Of a stretch of 64,000 nucleotides of DNA, positions 55,015 to 64,000 are shown piece by piece. The notes under the pieces were generated by a model, which had not been told where the DNA came from, made no database searches, and saw only the letters and a list, made by a program, of their open reading frames with translations. Position 1 is the first letter of the stretch; every line of letters begins with the position of its first letter. The translations under genes were made by a program, and so were the position numbers. The DNA is from Macrostomum lignano (lineage: Eukaryota): assembly GCA_002269645.1 (NCBI GenBank), contig NIVC01002476.1:1-64000 (forward strand), read 5' to 3'.

Positions 55015-55930
55015 CTCTCCCCACTGCTCCCATCTCTACCCCACTGCTCCCATCTCTCCCCACTGTCTCCCATCTCTCCCCCACTGCTCCCATCTCTCCC
55101 CACTGCTCCCATCTCTCCCCCACTGCTCCCATCTCTACCCCACTGCTCCCATCTCTCCCCACTGTCTCCCATCTCTCCCCCACTGCTCCCATCTCTCCCC
55201 ACTGCTCCCATCTCTCCCCCACTGCTCCCATCTCTCCCCACTGCTCCCATCTCTCCCCACTGTCTCCCATCTCTCCCCCACTGCTCCCATCTCTCCCCAC
55301 TGCTCCCATCTCTCCCCCACTGCTCCCATCTCTACCCACTGCTCCCATCTCTCCCCACTGTCTCCCATCTCTCCCCCACTGCTCCCATCTCTCCCCACTG
55401 TCTCCCATCTCTACCCCACTGCTCCCATCTCTCCCCACTGTCTCCCATCTCTCCCCCACTGCTCCCATCTCTCCCACTGCCTCCCGTCTCTCCCCCCACT
55501 CCCTCCCCGTCTCTCCCCCACTGCCTCCCGTCTCTCCCCCCACTCCCTCTCATCTCTCCCCCACTGCCTCCCATCTCTCCCCCACTGCCTCCCATCTCTC
55601 CCACTGCCTCCCGTCTCTCCCCCCACTCCCTCTCATCTCTCCCCCACTGCCTCCCATCTCTCCCCCACTGCCTCCCGTCTCTCCCCAGTGCTCCCATCTC
55701 TTCCACTGCCTCCCATCTCTCCCCACTGTCTCCCATCTCTCCCCCACTGCTCCCATCTCTTTCCCACTGCTCCCATCTGTCCCACACTGCCTCCCATATC
55801 TCCCTACTACCTCCCATTTCTCCCCCACTGCCTCCCGTCTCTCCCCCACTGCCTCTCATCTCTCCCCCACTGCTTCCCGTCTCTCCCCCCACTCCCTCTC
55901 CTCTCCCCACTGCCTCCCATCTCTCTCCAC
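55015..55930. repeat. Pyrimidine-rich 19/20-bp minisatellite
   Basis: CCCCACTGCTCCCATCTCT units, degenerate toward the 3' end. Confidence 0.95.
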
Positions 55931-56455
55931 TCGTTTACCCCAACTGAAATTCGCCCATTAGCAACTATTTACAAAAGCCACTAGTGGCCAAGAGGTCACG
56001 GATCGACTTTACAAAAAAACTCTCTCCACACTCAACACTGTTTCTCTCAACACTGCGTGTGCGGGCGCATCCTGCACACCAAACAGACAACTGACAATTT
56101 ATATTGCAATAATGAATGAATGCTGAACTACCCCATCATCTGTGCCAGAACAGTTCTGCCACTGCCTGCGCTTAACTTTAAGTGCCCCGCGCAAATTGCT
56201 TTCAAGCTAATGGATGCTTTTTGATGGGGTTTGATGGCTCCGGCTGCGCTGCCAGGACCTCTGAGCCAATTCAACAGAAAGTAGCCTTAAGTGTCCTTTA
56301 CTTGGCTTCCAATCCAGTTTGCTAGTATAGTTTTAAGTAGTCCCTCGAGCGCCATCGGTCATAAACATTTTCGGACATTTTCGGACGTTTTGATGGACAA
56401 TAAAATGTTTAAATTGGGAATCCTTAATGACAGGCCACTGCGCGCATGGCTCACC

Positions 56456-56960
56456 ATTACCATGTCTCACCCTCTAAACCCTCATGACCATGTCTCACCC
56501 TCTAAACCCTCATGACCATGTCTCACCCTCTAAACCCTCATGACCATGTCTCACCCTCTAAACCCTCATGACCATGTCTCACCCTCTAAACCCTCATGAC
56601 CATGTCTCACCCTCTAAACCCTCATGACCATGTCTCACCCTCTAAACCCTCATGACCATGTCTCACCCTCCAAACCGTCACCATGACCATGTCTCACCCT
56701 CTAAACCCTCATGACCATGTCTCACCCTCTAAACCCTCATGACCATGTCTCACCCTCTAAACCCTCATGACCATGTCTCACCCTCTAAACCCTCATGACC
56801 ATGTCTCACCCTCTAAACCCTCATGACCATGTCTCACCCTCTAAACCCTCATGACCATGTCTCACCCTCCAAACCGTCACCATGACCATGTCTCACCCTC
56901 TAAACCGTCACCATGACCATGTCTCACCCTCTAAACCGTCACCATGGCCATGTCTTACCC
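56456..56960. repeat. 28-bp minisatellite (~18 copies)
   Basis: TGACCATGTCTCACCCTCTAAACCCTCA with 31-bp AAACCGTCACCA variants. Confidence 0.97.
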
Positions 56961-57654
56961 ACTAAACTATCACTAATCACCGACCATATCCCACCCTAAT
57001 AACGGCGAATTATTTCTTTTATGAGTACATTTTGCTTTTACTTTTGCTTAGCACATAGCACATAATTTTTGGTAGCGAAATATTATTCGGTGTTACAATG
57101 TGTACTTTTTCTACACAAAGTGCCTATCATCAGAGTTCGTGTCCTCTGCTGCCCCTCAAATCTTGCACCCACACAGAGAGAGATGAAAATGCATGTAGAA
57201 GTTAACTTTGGCTACAGATAAAGAATGTAAGGGAGGGAAAGCCAGCATCAGTATAGCGGCATCAAATTCGGAAGAATTCGCTTCCTGCCAAAGTGATGCT
57301 CGGGTATAGATTAGGCCATTTTCATTTCAGCCACAGCCAGCAACTGGCAATGATGGATGGCGTGTTGCATACAAGCGGTTTGCAATAATTCAGCCTTATC
57401 ATAAAGAACTGTCTCTAATATTTTGCAGACGACTAATTCAAGACATGATGTCAATAATTTGGCAACTATCAAGCGGTGTGGGCGGTGTTGGTGTGGCTTC
57501 TGACTTGATGATAAAGCACGTTTTTCGAATATTCTGCCTCTTAAACATAATGTTTCATAAGTTTTTTGCCGGGTTACACAAGTTCAAGCAGCCTTGACTT
57601 TTTCGGATTGGAAAAAGATTGAATACCGATTTAAGCGCCAATCGATTTTTAGTG

Positions 57655-58560
57655 CTTTTATCAACCGATATTTGGAGCTTATTTATATCAATCGATATTT
57701 TGAGCTTTTATCAATCGATATTTGGAGCTTATATCAAACGATATTTTGGCTTTTATCAATCGATATTTGGAGCTTATATCAATAGATTTTTTGAGCTTTT
57801 ATCAATCGATATTTGCAGCTTTTATCAATCAATTTTTGTAGCTTTTATCAATCGATATTTGGAGCTTTTATCAATCAATTTTTGTAGCTTTTATCAATCG
57901 ATATTTTGAGCTTTTATGAATCGATATTTTGAGCTTTTATGAATCGATATTTTGAGCTTTTATGAATCGATATTTTGAGCTTTTATCAATCGATATTTGG
58001 AGCTTTTATCAATCGATATTGGAGCTTTTATGAATCGATATTTGGAGCTTTTATCAATCGATATTTGGAGCTTTTATCAATCGATATTTTGAGCTTTTAT
58101 GAATCGATATTTTGAGCTTTTATCAATCGATATTTGGAGCTTTTATCAATCGATATTTGGAGCTTTTATGAATCGATATTTGGAGCTTTTATCAATCGAT
58201 ATTTGGAGCTTTTATCAATCGATATTTGGAGCTTTTATCAATCGATATTTGGAGCTTTTATCAATCGATATTTGGAGCTTTTATCAATCGATATTTGGAG
58301 CTTTTATCAATCGATATTTTGAGCTTTTATCAATCGATATTTGGAGCTTTTATCAATCGATATTTTGAGCTTTTATCAATCGATATTTTGAGCTTTTATC
58401 AATCGATATTTTGAGCTTTTATCAATCAATTTTTGGAGCTTTTATCAATCAATTTTTGCAGCTTTAATCAATCGATATTTTGAGCTTTTGTCAATCAATA
58501 TTTGGAGCTTTTATCAATAGATATTTGGATCTTATGTCAATCGATATTTGGCGCTTTAAT
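57655..58560. repeat. 23-bp minisatellite (~39 copies)
   Basis: TTTATCAATCGATATTT(G/T)GAGCT with degenerate ends. Confidence 0.96.
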
Positions 58561-59139
58561 CAAACGTTTTTTGGGCGCTTTAATCTCGATTTTTGGCGCT
58601 TATATTAATTGATTTTTTGCGCTCTACTGTATTAACCGGTTTCTGGCGCTTTTATGAAGCAGTTTTGGGCGCTTGTAGCAAATTATTTTAACCATCAATC
58701 TCGTTTTGGAGGTAAGCAGTTCGTTGGTGCCCAACTGTCTGCATGATCCATAATGCTCGTATTCATCTGTCCAACTAAATTGGATTTAAGAGTTTGCTGC
58801 CCTAATTTCCCTAGAAATCAGATTGCAATAGGAGCGTATAACTTATCTTGCTCGTGGTTATTAGCATCTCTAGCCACTCCGACTGGCTGGTCATAGCTGA
58901 TTAACTCAGTGATGTATCTCTTTCTGCGATTAACGCTTGATGGCTTTGTATATAATTCAGAAACCTGCTTTCCTGCTTAAGAAACCTGCCCATTAAGTCT
59001 TCTTAATCCCAATAGCTTATCCAATGCTGCGTTAGCTTCGCTTGATTGCATTTAATCGATTCTAATGCATTTTTATTGGACTACCTTCTCTGGTCGCTAA
59101 TGATTTTCTTGTCCATCTATTCATGTCTGCTCCCCACCT

Positions 59140-59685
59140 GCTGTCTACTGTCTACTGTCTACTGTCTTTTGTCTACTATCTATCTACTATACTATTTACT
59201 GTCTTCTATCTACTGTCTACTATCTACTCTACTCTCTAACGTCTACTGTCTACTATCTACTATCTACTCTCTACCATCTACTGTCTACTGTCTACTCTCT
59301 AATGTCTACTGTCTACTATCTACTATCTACTCTCTACCATCTACTGTCTACTGTCTACTCTCTAATGTCTACTGTCTACTATCTACTATCTACTCTCTAC
59401 CATCTACTGTCTACTGTCTACTCTCTAATGTCTACTGTCTACTATCTACTGTCTACTCTCTACTCTTTACTCTCTACTGTCTACTAGCTACTGTCTACTA
59501 TCTACTTTCTTTCTATCTACTGTCTACTGTCTACTCTCTAATGTCTACTGTCTACTAGCTACTGTCTACTATCTACTTTCTTTCTATCTACTGTCTACTG
59601 TCTACTCTCTAATGTCTACTGTCTACTATCTACTGTCTACTATCTACTCTACTCTCTAACGTCTACTGACTATACTGTCTACTTT
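59140..59685. repeat. 7-bp based (TCTACT(G/A))n repeat with a ~63-bp higher-order unit
   Basis: Directly visible; block CTCTAATGTCTACTGTCTACTATCTACTATCTACTCTCTACCA repeats at ~59298, 59361. Confidence 0.93.
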
Positions 59686-60376
59686 CTTATCAACCCTCAT
59701 GCAGCAATTTGATGTAATTCTATTACCCTATTACGAACCTATTTTGGAGCAAATGCTTCGCGTGTTGAGAAAATCAACTGAAGGAGCAGAGCCTCACGCC
59801 CCCCCAAAATACAATGAATTACTTTTTATTTATGGGCGTTAGGGGAAAACGGGGCGTGCGATGCTCTTAATGCTATAAGCCCCCTCCCTGGCTTGTGCCG
59901 GCAAAGAATTCTCATTTCCTCTTTTCTCCCATTTCTCCCCCCCCCTCGACGTCCCTCGCTCTCCTCCTTCCTTCTACCCATTCTGCGCTCCGCGGCGGCC
60001 CCTGAACAGTAATTTCCTACTCTCCCTAAGTCTATAAAAAACAGGCCGTGGCCATATTTGGTCCGGCTCAGCCAATCGGGCGGCCCCCTGCTGCAGGTCC
60101 AGTGTACAAGCGCAGCGTCATAGCTCGTGTTTAGCCTTGCAACCCTATGAGTGTACGCGCGCAGCTCTTTAACAAGACGTCGATGACAATCGGCTCTTGG
60201 CCAACTCCTCTCCCTGCATGTCTGTCTGTCTGTCCGCTTCTCTCCCCCTCCCTCACCGCGCTCACTTCCTGGACTGGTTAACCCTTAATATACAGCATTG
60301 CTAGTGAGCCAGTTTGGCTTGGGAGTAGCCAACTCCTTTTGTTCGATATTTGAGCAGCATCCTTACGGACACAGAA

Positions 60377-62953
60377 ATGCAACTTCTATCATTGCTGCCA
60401 CTACTGCAGCTGTTTCTGCTTAATCAGCTCACCAGTGGCTTTGCTGACCAACCGGGGGTGACATGCGTTTGCCAGACTCGACCGAGTGCTCAAGCAGCTC
60501 GAGAGTTGTCCTGTCACAACTGGAGTCCGGCTTTGAACTTCGGCCTCGGCCAGCAGCAGCAGCAGCAGCAGCTGACGGGGCCGACCTTCGTCTGTCGGGG
60601 CTACGAGCTGTCCGCGCCAGGTTTCAACATCGAAGCCATCGAAGGTGAACTCGGCCTCGGCTTGAAAATCGGACCGGCGCTGATGAAGCTGGACCTCAGC
60701 TCCAACCAGTTGTCCCTGCTCGACCAGCCTCACTTTGCCTCGCTGCCGAACCTGCACCGGCTTGAGCTGGGCTCCAACCAGATCAGGTTGATCTCGCACC
60801 GGCTGTTTGACGGTCTCAAGCAGCTCATCTTTCTGGACTTGGACAACAACCAGCTGCCTGAAGTTACTCAGGCCACATTCGGGTCTCAGCGAGTGTTCAG
60901 CCCTGGCAACCAGTGCAACCTGCGCTCCCTGCTCTACCTCTACTTGGCTAACAATCGTATCGAACGCGTCGATCCCAACAGTTTTGATTGCATGTCGCGG
61001 CTCAAAGTGCTCAACTTGCAGCGCAATCTAATTAAGGTGCTGCCGGAATCCACCTTCTCCGGTCTCAGCTCCATCACTAGCCTGAAACTGTATGCTAACC
61101 GCATTGACACGGTGCGGGACTCCGCATTCAGCCAGTGCTGCCGGGAGCTGAGATACCTCAGCTTAGTTGACAATCGAATCTCCCATCTGTCGCGTACAAT
61201 TTTCAACTTCATGGGCAATTTGACTTCGCTCTACCTAGACCGGAACCAATTCGTCCAGGTGCCAACCTACCTGCTGGCCTACGCAGCCGGCCTCGGGCCA
61301 GCCAGCCTCTCCGACGTCCATATTCAGCGCAACCACATCGTGCGCATCCGGAAGAACGACTTCCGGGACGCTGGAAAGATCGACGCTCTGAACTTGTTCG
61401 ATAACAGCATCCAGCGCATCGAGGACTACAGCTTCGCCAGCCTGTCCTGGACAAGAAGCCTCATCCTACAGAAGAACGAACTTCGCACAATCAACAACCG
61501 AACGCTAGCTGGCTTGTCCAACCTTCGCTATCTGGTACTCACGCAGAATCACATCGAATTCGTGGAAGACTACGCGTTCACTCCGCTGGTCCGCTTGGAC
61601 ACTCTTTCAATAGCGTCGAATCGTCTTACGGAAGTTCGTCAGCTAATGTTCGTCGGACTAAATCACACCTTCTCGTTGAACCTGGCGTCCAACTATATCC
61701 AATCGCTGCGCGGGGACGAGTTCCAGCTGTTGCCGAGCCTGCGCTATCTGTACCTGGACAAAAATCGGCTGATGCGAATCAGGCGCGGCTACTTTTCGGG
61801 TCTCACCGGTCTGCGCAAGTTGGACCTCAGCGACAATCGCTTGAACGAGCTGGAGACTCAAGCCTTTGCCGATCTCGATGAGCTAGCCTTTCTTGACCTC
61901 AGTGGAAACAACTTGGAGACCATTTGCTCCGCCAGTCTTCAGGGCCTACGGAGCCTGCAGTCTTTGTTCTTATCGAAGAACCGTATCGATGCACTGGACC
62001 CAACACTGCTAGCCAGTCTTCCCGCGTTGAGCGTGCTCGACCTTCGAGACAACCGCCTGGCCGAATTCTCCATCAACTGGCCGCTGCCATCCGCCGCAGT
62101 GGCCAAAGCTCGTCCTGGCCAGGCGCTGACCCACCTCGACCTCGGCGGGAACAGACTTCGTCTGACCGACACCGACGGTTGCGGCTTCTGCGGCCTCGAC
62201 TCGGTCCGTTTCGCCAGCCTGGGCGTCGAGCTGAGCAGCGTCGCTCAGCTGACTGCCGACAGTCTGCGTGGCCTCGGTGGGCCCGGGCTCGACCTCATCA
62301 TCAACGAGAAACAGTGGCCACCGGCAGCAACGGCCGCTGCGGCCTCCACGGCAGCCGAGTGTCGAGTCGCTTGCAAATCGCGGCAGCAGCTGCAGCAGCT
62401 ACCGAAGGAGCTGACCGACAGAGCCTGCCGGTCTAGACTCAGCCAAGGTCGAAGCAACGTCGCTGGCGCCGCGGACGCCACCTTCGGCACCGCAGCTGCA
62501 GGCGGCGGCAGCTTCGCTCGCCTGATGCTCTACGTGTCTCTGCCGGCCCTGCTGCTGCTGATCCTGGCCGTGGCCTCCGTCAGCGGATTCTATCTGATGG
62601 CACGTCGTCGTCGACGTCAGCGAAGCGCCGCCGCAACAAGAGCAGCGGCAGCGGCGTCTGGTGTTTACCATGTCGACCAGCAGCAGTTGCAGCATCTGGG
62701 CATGCAGAGCGTGCTGGGCCAGCAGCAGCAACAGCTTGCTGGGCCTCCACTGTTGCCGCAGTCTCAGTCGCAGCAGCACCTGCAGATGCGAAATCACGGT
62801 CATCACCAGCATCACCATCGTCAGCAGCAGCCGCAGCCTGGAATGTCAGCCTACGACACTGAGCCAAGCCTACTGGAGATGAGCATGGAGCTGACGCCAT
62901 CAAATTCCGACGTGAAGTTCAATAGCAAAGTGTATGGCAATTTGCTTTCGTGA
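60377..62953 (+). CDS. Intronless leucine-rich-repeat single-pass membrane protein (~858 aa)
   Basis: ATG at 60377 starts a signal peptide (MQLLSLLPLLQLFLLNQLTSGFA), followed by a Cys-containing N-cap (CVC..C..C). About 20 extracellular-type LRRs (e.g. LMKLDLSSNQL, LRKLDLSDNRL), a TM helix LMLYVSLPALLLLILAVASVSGFYLM followed by RRRRR, and a Q/H-rich tail. The ORF track start at 60350 is a TTG upstream of the ATG. Confidence 0.93.
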   Translation: MQLLSLLPLLQLFLLNQLTSGFADQPGVTCVCQTRPSAQAARELSCHNWSPALNFGLGQQQQQQQLTGPTFVCRGYELSAPGFNIEAIEGELGLGLKIGPALMKLDLSSNQLSLLDQPHFASLPNLHRLELGSNQIRLISHRLFDGLKQLIFLDLDNNQLPEVTQATFGSQRVFSPGNQCNLRSLLYLYLANNRIERVDPNSFDCMSRLKVLNLQRNLIKVLPESTFSGLSSITSLKLYANRIDTVRDSAFSQCCRELRYLSLVDNRISHLSRTIFNFMGNLTSLYLDRNQFVQVPTYLLAYAAGLGPASLSDVHIQRNHIVRIRKNDFRDAGKIDALNLFDNSIQRIEDYSFASLSWTRSLILQKNELRTINNRTLAGLSNLRYLVLTQNHIEFVEDYAFTPLVRLDTLSIASNRLTEVRQLMFVGLNHTFSLNLASNYIQSLRGDEFQLLPSLRYLYLDKNRLMRIRRGYFSGLTGLRKLDLSDNRLNELETQAFADLDELAFLDLSGNNLETICSASLQGLRSLQSLFLSKNRIDALDPTLLASLPALSVLDLRDNRLAEFSINWPLPSAAVAKARPGQALTHLDLGGNRLRLTDTDGCGFCGLDSVRFASLGVELSSVAQLTADSLRGLGGPGLDLIINEKQWPPAATAAAASTAAECRVACKSRQQLQQLPKELTDRACRSRLSQGRSNVAGAADATFGTAAAGGGSFARLMLYVSLPALLLLILAVASVSGFYLMARRRRRQRSAAATRAAAAASGVYHVDQQQLQHLGMQSVLGQQQQQLAGPPLLPQSQSQQHLQMRNHGHHQHHHRQQQPQPGMSAYDTEPSLLEMSMELTPSNSDVKFNSKVYGNLLS

Positions 62954-64000
62954 AATAGTTTGATTTCTTCGTGTCAAATAAGTGAAATTTGGCAAAAGCT
63001 GCTTCGTACTTTTACTTTTTAATCCAATCCAATGCTAAATTATTGTAATTAGCATCTTGCATCTTCTCTTCTCTTGCCACTAAGTTTGATCTAACTTGTT
63101 TCTCTCACGACACACAGTTGTTTTTTATTTTACGCAAAATAGTTCAGCAAAACCTGCTTCACCCGTTGAAAATGGTACCGTGACAAAAACCACTGGAGTC
63201 TCATCGCAATTACAACTTGCTAGCGTCTCTAGGACGACTCTTGTGACTCGAGCGTCTCTGCAATGGGACGGGGAGGCGGCTGTTGAATCACGAGCGCATC
63301 AAGTGAGTTGCAGAATCGTAAAAGAGTTGCGAAAAAAGTCATCCAAAAATCGTTGTTTTAGCGCTTAACCTTCTACTAATTTAAGTAGACTAAATGGATA
63401 TAACCCCAGAGTCACTTACGTCGCTTCAGAGAAGAAAATAAGACGCCTCAAATTTACTCTTGGGCGACTCTTGAACGACTTTTTGGCGACTTGTGCCGTG
63501 ACATCTCATCGGTTTAGAGTCGTCTAGAGAGTCACTTCTTTCCTGTTTCTATTGTGTCCTTGGGTCAAGACGTGACACTTGAAAAAGCATTAGCGAGATA
63601 GAAAATCAAGCATTTTTAAGCACTTAATGAAGGATTTCTAATATGTGGATCACAAAAAGGATGTTTAACCTACCCACCAATGTCAAAGGCATAACATTGT
63701 AGCTTAGCTTAAGCTCTAAGCACCCTTTTCTTATCTGATTTTTCTAAACAGGTTTCTTATCGTCATAAGATCATGTTAAAGACCCAGTTGATGTAATCTG
63801 CTTCTTTTTTTAAGAAAAAGTCCGTTTCATAATGCGCCCTCCTCCTGCTTTTGCCTGCTTGCTGGCAGGATACGTCCCAATGCACTGCATCTTCTATTGG
63901 TCCTCTTGCTGGCCTAATTGACAGGGTTGGTAAAGAAATCAAGGACTTATTACCTCACCAGAACCAATCATCTTTCCAGTTGGAAAGTCTGCAAGCCTAA

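Noticed and set aside
48826-58560. TF-like motifs in arrays (AGGTCA/CAGTTG in the 16-mer, AATCGATA in the 23-mer, TAAACCC in the 28-mer)
   Set aside because: Six- to seven-bp matches are expected by chance in some repeat unit, and there is no supporting context.
58700-59100. Minus-strand ~130-codon stretch with two stops
   Set aside because: No identifiable domain; cannot be called a pseudogene or transposase.
60033-60076. TATAAAAA and CCAAT upstream of the LRR gene
   Set aside because: The order is reversed for a + strand promoter and the TSS is unknown.
60401-62903. Antisense and alternative-frame ORFs overlapping the LRR gene
   Set aside because: Shadow ORFs of a GC-rich CDS.
63226-63531. 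~15-bp inverted repeat TCTCTAGGACGACTCT / AGAGTCGTCTAGAGA with internal GACT-rich repeats
   Set aside because: The internal inverted segments are not properly nested and there is no TSD; too weak to call a MITE.

Overview
Eukaryotic (animal) genomic DNA, roughly half tandem repeat. The style (GC-rich exons with poly-Q/poly-A runs, introns filled with minisatellites) suggests a flatworm such as Macrostomum; this is inference and was not verified. By manual splice-phase tracing I can support four protein-coding genes, all on the + strand: (1) the 3' part of a type-I membrane protein with elongated sushi/CCP domains, (2) a complete 6-exon short-form DUF21/CBS (CNNM/Mam3-type) metal transporter of about 486 aa, (3) a complete 9-exon PH + coiled-coil PLEKHD1-like gene of about 438 aa that is largely invisible in the ORF track, and (4) an intronless LRR transmembrane protein of about 858 aa. 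Non-coding content includes a ~9.9-kb 238-bp satellite with ~70-bp subunits and a ~3-kb higher-order repeat, a 13.7-kb 20-bp array that makes up almost an entire intron, and about a dozen smaller mini/microsatellites. Mobile elements are a hAT-type MITE with TIRs and TSD, a decayed RTE-type non-LTR RT fragment whose FRYLGS motif is tandemly amplified 11x in frame, a probable 2.6-kb solo LTR with a compact promoter, and a possible Helitron-like 5' end. Most ORFs in the supplied track are repeat-derived artefacts. I found no CRISPR array, rRNA or tRNA, and no new multi-gene system that I can support. The most unusual items are repeat-architecture phenomena and divergent members of known families.
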